From the NCBI GenBank assembly GCA_046563655.1, contig CM102287.1:4898001-4962000 (forward strand): a stretch of 64,000 nt of DNA. The letters run 5' to 3'. Positions 1 to 16,480 of the stretch are shown here, one piece after another. A program made the position numbers and the translations under genes. The notes under the pieces are model-generated. The model was not told where the DNA came from, did no database searches, and worked only from the letters and a program-made list of their open reading frames with translations. Origin of the DNA: Yuukianura sp. NJ FZ-2021. Lineage: Eukaryota. How positions within the stretch are numbered: position 1 is the stretch's first letter; every line of letters starts with the position of its first letter.

Positions 1-360
1 TCAGCCAAATAGCCAACATCTCAACAAAATTAAGCCAAACATCCAATGTCTCAACAAAATTCACTCAAAATCTAAAAAAATTCGGCCAAGATCTCAGCAA
101 ACTAAGCAAAAAACATCAGCAGACAGAAAATGTCACCAAAAATCCCAAAAATTTAGCCAAGAAAATAGTTGAACAAAAATCACAACAAAATTGAGCAAAC
201 AAAGAACTTCACAACAAAAAATACCAGCAAAATCCAGAATAAAAAAGTCGGCAAAATACCCAACCAAAATTTAGCCAGAAAGTCCAGCCCAATTCAGCTA
301 AAATTACAACAAAATTCAGCAAAATAGCTACAAAGTCTCGGTAAAATTCAGCCAAGAATC
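1..360. repeat. Degenerate A/C-rich low-complexity tandem repeat (AAAATTCAGCCAA-like units) in a GPCR intron
   Basis: Recurring aaaatt(c/t)agc(c/a)aa and caacaaaa units with strong strand asymmetry. Confidence 0.6.
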
Positions 361-584
361 TCATTCTCGGTTAGCACAAGTCACTGTTAGCCACTCACAT
401 TAAATTACATCTAGCACACCAATGTTAGAGTGCAACAAAGTGGTTTAGAACACTCCGTAGCAGTAGTTGTACTCACTGCACGAAAAAAGCATTTTGCAAA
501 TCGCGGTGGCTTAGGAATCGGAATTTCTCCAACGTAAAAGCAACTACAAGCAAAGCGACACGAAACGGAAAAGTATTTGCTTAC

Positions 585-2949
585 CTGTTCGACTGGGCAG
601 AAGAGGTGGAGAGAGAAGCGTTGTTGGAGAAGTCGTGATGGTTTTCTGCGGAGGAAGTAACTGCGCCCCGTGATTAATTGGCTGGAGTCGGAGGAGTTGG
701 TTGGAATGGAGGTCGACGGTCGTCGTGAGCGTGTTCTGATCAATTGAGTTGTCTCGACTCGAACTGTTCGTCCAAGCCATTTCCCTCTTCTTCACTGTCA
801 CTACCTTCAGGATCTTAATGTACACGACGACCATCACGCACAGGGGAAGGTAGAACGATACCATCGTAGCATAGAGCTGATACCTGCAAAAACCATACAT
901 TTTATACATCGATATTTCACTTCAGTTAACCCAAACTTTTACCTAACCTAACCAAATTGCACTCCAGTCGCTTTCAAAAGCCTGCAAATTGCTCCTCGCT
1001 CCTACTCCCCCTCCGCAAAGAAGATTCACCGCGACTGGTGAACTCATTATGCCGTTTTCACTAAGCGTTACAGCAGCTTCCAGGAAAAAAAAAGATCCCG
1101 GTTTGAGTAAAAATGAAATGGAACGGCAGAATCTCGAGGGAAGCCTAAGCTTTCTCCGCGGCCAAATTCAATTTGCGAGCAGCAGAAGTTAAGACACGAG
1201 TTCCCTAAGCAATCAGCCCACAGAGCGTCTTGAGAGTTTTAAAGAAGCTCAAGCGACTCTTTGTGGTTTCGACTCAACTACCTTCGTAGATTCCCGGGTT
1301 TCCACAGAATCTTAATTACTCCTCATGATTAATTTAGATTTGTGATCAATTACCAGTAGTTTTGAGAGAGGGAGCACGTCGGGTCACCGGCCGAGGTCAC
1401 GTACTCATTCCCCAGAAGAAGGACGGGGGGCAGAGAGACACAGGCAGATGACAACCAAACTACGAATATCACAGAGAGCATTCTTCTGTTTGATGAGATG
1501 GAAGAGTACTCGAGGGGACGAGTGATGGCTCTGTAGCGATCTGGAAACAATGTAACAAAATCGAAAGTCAGTGTTTACGAAATCAATTCTCAATTAACAA
1601 CTATTTCAAAACTAACCAACACATATACAACAGTATCATCGACCTCCTACGAAGGAGAACGTCGCATTGGCCAAAAGGAAATCAATCCATTGATGTTTTT
1701 GGAACAACGAAAATCTAAAATTTCAAAGGAAATCCTAATTCTTAAATCACTGCTAGCTCCTGCACATTCACACATCAAAGGAAAAATGCTTCTTCATTAA
1801 AAAAACAAAGCACTTTAAAAAAACACAGCTCTTCAAAAGAAAAAAAAACTCAACTTTTTTTCTTTTTTTACACCCCAAGGCTTTCTCCCGCCTTTCACCG
1901 CACAGTGATTAAAATCAACACGAAACTCGCTGTTGAACAACTGTTACGAAAATTAGAGTTTTAGCAAAGTAGAAGTAAAAGCAGACAGGTGAAAATCCAG
2001 CAGCAAAAAAAAATTCAATTTGATTGATTTCTTTTCTCTTCATTTAAGAGTTTCGTTTTTAGTTCTCTCTTAGCACGGATGAAACTTTCACTCTTACTGA
2101 AAATTTCATCACCTTGTATCACGCAATTCTGCACACTATTTAACACCAAGACAGCCCAGTCAATCAAAAATTGAACGATTTCTGTTCTTTTTAAAAGAAA
2201 CTTACCGACTGAAATGGCACAGAGATTCAAAATGGAGGAGCTACACAGGAGGACATCACCTAAACATGACAGAATCACTGATTAGAATGTATGGTCAGTC
2301 GAGGTCACCAAAAGGCTAAAGCGTAGATTCAAAGTTAAGGCTACGAGTTACATAAACAAGCTTAGCCAACCTTAACCGAACATGAACAAAGTAAAACTCA
2401 AAAAGTAAAAGACAACTAAAACTAAAAGTGAAAATGAAAGTAAGAAGTAGGATATGTTTACATAGGACCAAAAACGTGACAGAAAACAAAAAAAAAGAGA
2501 AAACTTGAAGGAAAGCAGGAAAAAAGATGACAAAAAGTAAAAGTAAATAAATAAAGCTCCAAAAGGTAAAAGTACAAAAAAAAAAGTCGAAATGAAAGTA
2601 AACTCACGCGATCAAGCAAAGAAAATAAAACAGTAAAAATGAAAGTAAAAACCAATGAAAATATAGAAAAAAGTAGAAATGTTCGCCGCTTACCTGAAAC
2701 CCAGAGATCACAGAGAGAGGACGAAAGTGGCCAGGCCCCTTCGTAGATTTCCTGGACAATAGCAAAGGGCATGACGAACAGGGCGACGAACAAGTCCGAC
2801 AGGGCAAGTGACACTAGCAAGTAGTTCTGCGGTTTACGCAACTTCCGGACGAGAATGACGGAGAGACAGACGAGGAGGTTGCCCACAATGGTGGCCATGA
2901 CGAGTGACAGAAGGCCGATGACCAGGATGGACTCGGACAGCAGCGACAT
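585..2949 (-). CDS. 5-HT7: Serotonin receptor, 5-HT7 type (class A GPCR), 5' part TM1-TM5 plus start of ICL3; continues beyond the left edge
   Basis: Exons 2949-2694, 2259-2206, 1540-1354, 883-585 join in frame at GT-AG sites. Motifs GNLLV, LRKPQNYLLVSLALSDL, DVLLCSSSILNLCAISVDRY (D3.32 and DRY), RPLEY, LPPVLLLGNE and YQLYATMVSFYLP match arthropod 5-HT7 receptors. Confidence 0.88.
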
Positions 2950-3332
2950 TCTGAGACATGTTACCCCATCCCCCGTCAGCCGAACACTGACACACGCTCG
3001 CTGGCTCCACCAAAACCTAGAGTAAGTCAGAAAGAGACAGGATTAGGTTAGGCTCTCCCCTTTGTGGAAAAACGCAGAAACCAAACATTTATTGAATACA
3101 ACTTAAAAGTTTCTTTCTTCACTGAATCAACATCAAATCAACTCCAACTTAAATTGGAACTAGAAATAATATTTTCTCAATTACACTAACAGCTCACAAT
3201 TGTTCATTTGGACGCACCAGCAGAACAAACACAAACATCTTGGAAGCTTAAACAACTCCCACTCTTTTCCTAACAGATTAGCACCTCCGTCACACACCGT
3301 CTATTTTTATCTCACCATGTCAAGGACTCCTG

Positions 3333-5667
3333 TCACTTCTGTCTCCAGTTCATCGTTAAATCAGTTCTGGCTGACGCCTCCGCAAAAGCTTCTATCCAGT
3401 TCGAGACAACGTGGGGGCTGGACAAGTCATTTTTTTCCGCCAAGAAGATCAAGTGCCTCAGAATCTCAATTTCAGCTAACAATGTTGAGCGTTTTTCGGC
3501 ATCCGAACAAGTTTGTTCCGAGAGGGATGAAATTCGGATGCTGTTTTGTGGTTGGGCGGAAGCGTACGTCTGAAAGTTGTTATTGAGTTGGTTTCGCCAA
3601 CTGACGAGAGAAGCAACGAGAGCCTCCATCTGGCGATGAGAGCTGTCGAAGTAATCAAAACAAAGTGATTAATGACTTCGATTTGGTAGACGTTTGGTTT
3701 ATGTGGGCTCTTGTGTCGATGACTGACAAACCTTGCTGAGAAAGTAAATTGGAACGTCTGCTTATTCCTGTCCTCGTCGTAGATGGTTGCCAGTGCACCA
3801 AAGAGTTGAGACGGTAGACCACATGCGAAGGTTCGAACATCGGAAATGGAATCTCCTTGAGAACAAAGAGAGTGATTGGAATGGCGTCAAAAGTGAGTAG
3901 GACGATAACTTACGCGAGTCACTCTGCTTGAATCCTAATGACATGAGGAACCGCGTGAAGGCCTTGGACAGAGACTGATTGATTTGCGGCTGAGTAAGGA
4001 GGTAGTCGACACTGAACTTCTCCTGACACGAAGTCATGCCACTCAGTATCTGATGCTCAAATTTTCTTGTCTCATCTGCTTAAAAGACAAGAGAAATGGA
4101 GACAAAAAGTTGAATCTCTGCCAAGGCAAACGCATTTACCTCCATGACCTTTGCAAACGGAAACATCAGCGAGGTTCAGGTTGATCTTGTGACACCACTG
4201 GAATTTGCCTGAAACAGTCAGGCAGGCTGTAATTCCTCTTCGATCTTCCGATAATGTCCAATAGCCCGGCGGAGTGTCAAAAATTGCTACAAACGTTTAG
4301 CTTATTTTAGAAACTGCAAGGATTAGCCAATTCTTAACGAAAATGTACCACGAATGAATGGATGAGCTTATTGGAAAGATTTACCGGTAATTTTGGCACT
4401 GCATCCTGGTTGAATTCTGTTCAGTGGTGGGCTACAGCGGGAAGAATGGTGCTGGAATGGTAGGTCCACTGGGAATTCCGAGGTAAATAAGGATGAGTCA
4501 TCAGGCGAAATAACGACGTTGTAGCAAAATGGTTGCGACGTTGGTTCAATCAGACTCAGAGTTAGGTGAGGAAATGGTGCCACTCTGTTAATAAGTCACA
4601 ATTACAGCATCAGAATGTCAAACAGGGAATCCAATAACATACGAATTGCGTACGTTTTGGAAGTATTGACAATGGAAGTTCCCCACACCCATCGATTGAG
4701 TACTGGAGCCAGAAACGTTTTTGATTCCAAATACGTGTAGGTAGGAGTTGCAAATCGAAGTTTAAATTGGGCAGAAGTTGTAGAAGTATCCATTATCATG
4801 TCGTCCTTGTCTACTTCAACGTCTTTTGCGTAGTGGACACTGCTTTTTGCAGAGGCGTTCGATTTTCTTACTAATTCGGGAGAGAGATCCGAGGACTTGG
4901 CGACAAGCCCCGAACTTGGGTCATGGCTTTCTTGTGTAATATTCTTGGTGGCTACGACCTGAACCTAGAAAGAAATTAAAAATCTCGGCTTATTAACGAC
5001 TACATACTCATTTACTTCTCGCTAACTAATTTTACGCACTGAAAATTTTGGTTGGGCCTCCTACAACGATAACAATACGTAGACAAAACAGAGCTGGAGC
5101 TTACCAAATCCTTGTTTCCAATCAATGTCCCCAACATCGTTCTGATTTGTGACTTTAGCCTGTCCGTGTCATCCTTAACGCTCCGTTCTTTGTTCTGCAA
5201 ATCAGCCATGTGATGTCTGTGGTCTGCGACGATTCTATTCTACAAATTGTGAAAAACCAACATAACAAAGGGACTAACCAACTTTTACTAACGACCCACA
5301 TAAAGTAAAATAGAATACCAACACAAAAGGAAAATACGAACGATTTTACTTACGCTATAACTTCCGGATCCGGACCGAACGACAGGAAAACTCTGGGCAA
5401 CTGGAACAGGCTACTGTCTCGATTTACACTTCTCAAAATCAAATCAAAGTTAATTAAAGCGTTAATGAGAACGCCTTACCGTCACCGCACCGGATATTCT
5501 TTTCTTTGTTGATTTGGGCCTTTTGGTCGACATAAGGTTGCTGTAAATAGAGACGTTACGTTGGATTGATTGGTTTCCTTAAGTTGTCTACATTACGTGG
5601 AAACAAGAGTAACAACATCTCCTTACGTTAACCGTTTGTTTTGATTTTGACTTTTTGAACTCTTCAT
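3333..5667 (-). CDS. 10-exon ~515 aa protein, tentatively FANCB-like (C-terminal half only)
   Basis: Exons 5667-5627, 5540-5480, 5410-5354, 5239-5105, 4964-4654, 4584-4385, 4286-4140, 4075-3914, 3855-3732, 3642-3333 are all GT-AG and sum to 1548 nt in one open frame; AATAAA on the - strand at 3093-3088. The gene model is well supported; the FANCB resemblance rests on recalled motifs only. Confidence 0.75.
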
Positions 5668-6120
5668 TCCGCTTCCCGCGCTTCTACAGTCTCACAAGGA
5701 AAACGTTCAAACGACGAATCCTCTGAAATGGGTATCGCAATTTGATTGGCTGCTTGAAACATTTCGCGGGAAAACGATTTGAAGTTGTATAAAAACCAAA
5801 TGAAGCAAATAAAATTCTAAATTTTGAATGGAACGCTGCGTTGTACGGGACCGGGGACGGAACGAACTAAACTAACCGTGAGGAACAATTAAGAATTTAA
5901 AATAATTTAATAATAATTATTGACGTTTTGTAATTAATTACTCCAAACTCCTTTATTGAAACTGAGTTTGCTAACAAATGTAGATTTTTCGCTGCGTAAA
6001 GCGTATGCGTAGCTGTACGCAGAATTTGGAAACTTAGAAGCAAACTCGTAATTTTTTGGACTTCGCAGTTGAAAAATGTAAGTTCTACTACTACCTGAGG
6101 CTACCACGTTAATATACATA
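5668..6120. promoter_or_regulatory. Probable bidirectional promoter with E2F-like, CCAAT and CHR-like motifs
   Basis: ~450 bp between divergent ATGs; TTCCCGCGC ~5673, ATTGG ~5745, TTTCGCGGGAAA ~5762, TTTGAA ~5778. Confidence 0.55.
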
Positions 6121-9100
6121 ATGATAAATATTACCCGTAACATCGCTTTTAGGTTGCTGAAATCACTACTACGTAGACTGAATTACCTTAGGACTTACAG
6201 AAATCGTTCAAAACGAAGATCACCTGGCGACACACTATTGCCGCTGCCAGTGTCAGTGAATTCAACACCGAGCCAAAGATTATATCACAAATCCGTATCA
6301 CAAGGCGTCCTGGCCAGGTTCAAATCAGAAACTCTACCGTCATTAATCAGAGCTTCGACGGCGCCTTTGTCAACTGACTCCGAAGGATCAGGCGGAAGGC
6401 AGGTTCCGTTAGACAGCGTATCCGATTTTGATTTCGACATGGAAAATGATGGAACAGTTCCTCCTGGTCTAGTCATTGGAACGGACGACTCAAGCCAACA
6501 CTTGCTAACGAATTTATATCCTGGCCATTCAGATCCGTCACTGAAAAGCATTTTAGAAGCCAGTACCCTACAGCACGTATTTAACACGATTGAGTCCGTC
6601 GCTGCAACTAATGCCTTGACACCATTGCACAGTTCTCAAGCATTGGCCACTCTTTGGGATTTACAAAAGCTGGCATTTCAAGTTGGTTACGTGTTTGAGG
6701 GGGATCCGAATTCCAACACTAAAAGGCAGCGATTCACGCAATCGTTAAAGCAGCATCCAACTTTCCAGAAGATTTTGGATCACGTCCTTTCGAACGTTGC
6801 TGAACTTCAAGATGAACCCATTGCAGCCTGCCTTCTGTGTTTAGCAAAATTCGACTTTACCATAAAATCCGATCCATCTCAAATTCTTCTCCGTGAACTG
6901 GATACACGAAGAAACAACTTACCACTTCCAGCTGTCTCGCGAATCAGCGTGGCCGTTAGAAACGAAGGACTTTACGGAAGTTTAGTCATAGCGTCGATGT
7001 TGCCACGAATGGCAACGCTCATTCAAGAAGTCAGCACTGGCCATGAAATGAGACTTGCGTCGATTGCTCTACGCAGTGCGAATAAGTGTCTCCCACCTCG
7101 CATTTTACAACTATACTACGACAAAGTGTCGTCATTTCTTGACAGTGGTCAACTTCGGGAAGTCGATTCTTCTGTTTACTGCAAGATACTGCTGTGTCTC
7201 AATGACACAAAGTGGATTCAAAGATGTCATGAAATTGGAAAATCGAGAGAGTGTCAAGAATTGCAAAGGGCAGTTGGGCAACTATTGGCGCCGAAGGTCA
7301 AAGATCTTCCTGTTATTGACGTCGTGTCTCTTCAACGAATTCTAGAATACGGATCGCAAGAACCGCCGGAACTAATTGACGCTTTAAATTCACGAATCGG
7401 AAGACTAATTGAAGAGCAAGTGGAAAATCCACCACTGGACTTGTTCAGTAGTCTCTCTCCTGCCACAAGACGAAGTTTGAATCAGCGAAAGTAAGAAAAC
7501 TCCGACCTATTTTACTCTAATCCTGGCAGTTAATTGTCGAATTTGTTTCAATTGTATAACACAACTTTTTTCTTTGTTTCCAGGCAGCTTGCATCGTTCA
7601 TGACCGATTACTTGAACAACTATCCTGACTTTTGGGAAATCTATCCTGGCTTATTCAGAGTCATCCGTGCTCTGAAGCTTGCCGAAGCAGATGATACTGG
7701 GAAAGTTTATGAGAAGTTCTGGACAAAGGCCACTCATCTACTAACACTCGAATCACACGATCCCGCTAAAGTTTTGAAGTTGGCTTACGATTACCTTAGT
7801 TTCGGTTCTGGAAGTTCCTTCACCATGAGGCACATCCAGTTTGAGTCCAAGGCGAAACAGCTTCTATACTTTTACATTTACAACTACATCAACCAACAGC
7901 AACCAACACTCATCAGTCCCAACGACTTTGCCAAAGCATATGCATTTCTCCTGGCTTACAGTTGGCACGCGGAGCCCATTTTTCAGGAAAAGGGACACGG
8001 ACTGTGGCAACTCTTCCAGGAAAATTTTCAAAAAGGAATTCGACCTCTGGAAGTTCTCATCATGGCAAGAGGAATTTCAGTCAGTTTGAACAATCAAACG
8101 AGACACACACGCAGCTCGTCCAGGTATTTCGAACATTTTAAATTTTACACATTTTTTTGAGTTATATATTGAAAGTTGTTGATTTTATTTGTGATTGTGA
8201 TTGAATTTGAAACTGTGATTTCCAGATACTTGGACCAAATCCATAATTTTCAACAGAGTCTAGAAGATACTACGGACTTGTTCCTGTCGGAAGAACCCAA
8301 TGAATGGCCAGTGTCAGAACTGATATTTTTGGTCAAAGCTCAAGCGACACTGCGTAGAGCATCAACAGAATCAGCAACCTTCAGGAAAACAATTCAGCTA
8401 TTCTGCAATAGAGCAACCGTAGAGCAGTTTGATTCCAAAGAGGGAAGGGATTTGGTGATTGGTCTCTCTGGAACGAACTACAACGACCCAACAATAACAT
8501 CTTTCCTTTTAGATTTCATTCACACGAATACGACATCGATCAGCCCAGAATTTGCGCAGCGATTTCTGTCGTATGGATTCCATTGCGGTATAGAACCACA
8601 AAGTCCTAGAGACACTGCTGCGTTCCAGGCTACATACGACGTCATTTCTAGGTAAAGATAATGTACATTTTTTGTTTTTAGAAACCATGTTCATAAATAT
8701 TTTCAAAGTCAGTTGATGTCATGATTTATGTGATTTTCTTTCAGTCATTGGGAGTCGTTGTCTACATTTGGGTTGCTACAAGCGGCGCTGATGCTATCGC
8801 TGACTCAGTGTCTCCAGCCACCTCTAGTCCAATATATCTTCTCAACCGAATTTCTCAACAGATTGGACGAAGACGTCAAATCTTCTGCGGCAAACGTACG
8901 TCCCACGATTTAACAAAAGTTCTGGGTTGTTTTCTAAGACTTTTAGAATCAAAGGATTTTCAGTGTATGCTTTCTGTTTTTGCAGAGTTCCTACCCGCTG
9001 AAACTGCGGAAGTTGTACATGGAGCTGAATAGAGCAGTGTGCCTCGACTTGCCAAATGCAAACGTTCCTTGGTTCCACCAGAAGTACTGCGAGACAGTGT

Positions 9101-9799
9101 ACTCTGCCGGTAACTAACAAAGCGAATTGTTGTTCTAGTGCAAGTAGATCATTAGATATCGAAACCTGTTTCGTTCCCACCAGTGCTGCCTCGTGAAATA
9201 CAGAATCCACTGGAGAAGGAAGTCGAAGCTTCGTTGCGGGAAGTACTCAACGACGACACGGCTATCCAAACGAACGTTCTCACTCCCTACTTCTACGACA
9301 TCGGTAAGTCGCTTTCGAGAAACCAAAAACTAAACTGCCAATGCCAAACTAAACAAGTAAAAACTAAACTAAACCAATGTTTCATGGAGAATGATTTTTT
9401 TTTGAAATTCTAGATTTTGTGATTGAGTTTGATGAGAGAGGGAAGCCAGTGAAAAAGGGGAGAGGCAAGAGACTTTTGTCTTTGCCAACACTTCGAAGAC
9501 AACCAGAACAGACGCCTAAAGTGACTCAAAGTGTGGCAATTCTCATTTTGCCTGAATCTGCTTTTTCGTCGCACTTTCGCTCCCTCCGCGGATTCTATCA
9601 ACTGCGGAAACGGCATTTAGAAATCCTGGGCTATCGTGTTGTTCACATTGACCCGCAACACTGGAATGCCATGCACATGACGGAAGTTGGTAGAGCAGAA
9701 TACTTGGAAAATGCCATCTTTCCTAACTATCAAGCATCACTCCCACCAAAGGGATCTCCATCATCATCAAGCTCCCTTGACTTCATCACTTCCTCGTAG
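6121..9799 (+). CDS. FAST kinase domain-containing mitochondrial RNA-binding protein (FASTKD1-like) with C-terminal RAP domain
   Basis: Exons 6121-7490, 7584-8123, 8226-8651, 8745-8895, 8986-9109, 9184-9303, 9414-9799 in frame. Arg/Leu-rich presequence-like N-terminus; ELNRAVCLDLPNANVPWFH; TPYFYDIDF; RAP motif LRKRHLEILGYRVVHIDPQHW. Confidence 0.85.
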
Positions 9800-10693
9800 C
9801 CAGTCAACAATCAAGCTATCCAACGTAGTTGTCTCAACAGTCCTTCAGGTAAGCAACTTTTTCTGCACTTTTTAGTCAACATACCGCCTAAACCAACTTC
9901 CGTGCCACCATGCCCTGCGTACACAATTTGCTGTTTTCATGCTGAGGTTTTTGATGTTGAGCGTTTTTGCTTGACGAAAAACTCAAGTTGAGGCAATTCA
10001 GAGCTTACTCAATTTCTAGTATAAATTAATCTTTTACTTTTTGCCAAAAAAGGAACTTAAAAATTTGAGTACACAGCTTTGAGAGATGGTGGCAGGGAAT
10101 GGGGAATTGGTAGAATAGCATTTTAGCAAAAACAGAAATTATGGAAATGGATGTCACTTCATCCAGCCCTGCTCTACACAACTAACATTTAGTTGATCTG
10201 TGCTTGGTTTTGAGGGAACAACAATAGAAATTGATCACGAACTTATCACACTTGAGATACTTTGTGCCTTACATTTTCTGTTTTAAGTAGGAAACTAGTG
10301 AGTTTAGGACTTCGAGAGTGACTGTGTGAGACTTTAGTCATCCAGTGTAAGTCCGCAGGAGTATCAATATTTATAATAGCATTTACATAATAGATACTAA
10401 TTGATTTGCTAAAGTTTAACTAAAACGATTACCCTCGCCAGCACCACTGGAATTATAACTCCTGGAAAAATCCAGGATACAAGTACACTTTTTCCCCAAT
10501 GGAAATCTTAATTAATTTTTATAGTGACTCTTTTTCCCTGTGACTTGAGATCAAGTGAGAATATATCTAAGAGGGGGCGTGGCTAAACTTTTGAACAATA
10601 AGCGAAGTTCCATGTGCACCGATGTTGCAGGGGAAGATGGTCGTTTGTAGACAGTGAAGTTGCAAATTACAACATTAGAACGTTGTAATAACG

Positions 10694-16187
<5,494 letters not shown>

Positions 16188-16254
16188 CCTGTCGCTGAAT
16201 CAGCGATGCTGATCAACTGAGATTGAGCTGGAAGTCGATGACGTTGAGCGATGA

Positions 16255-16480
16255 GCTGGATTTTGTCGTTGTACGAGATGTTTTGAGCGGATTAGGACGT
16301 TATCGTAGTATTTCCTGCGGATTTGTAGGTTGTCGCAGCTATTTCCAGCGGATTTGTAGGTTGCCGGAGCTCTTTTGAGCGGATTCGGACGTTGTCGCAA
16401 CGATTTTGAGCGGGTTCGTAAGTTGTTGCAGCGACTTTGAGCGGATTCGGACGTTGTTGCGGCTATTTTGAGCAGGATTA
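16255..16480. repeat. Degenerate ~30-31 bp tandem repeat, about 7 copies
   Basis: Units like ttttgagcggattcggacgttgtcgcaacga starting near 16281, 16311, 16342, 16373, 16404, 16435, 16466. Confidence 0.75.

Noticed and set aside
6285..6587. 100 aa minus-strand ORF
   Set aside because: Antisense shadow of FASTKD exon 1
16255..16480. Regularly spaced repeats as a possible CRISPR array
   Set aside because: Contiguous degenerate tandem units without unique spacers, in a eukaryotic context with no cas genes
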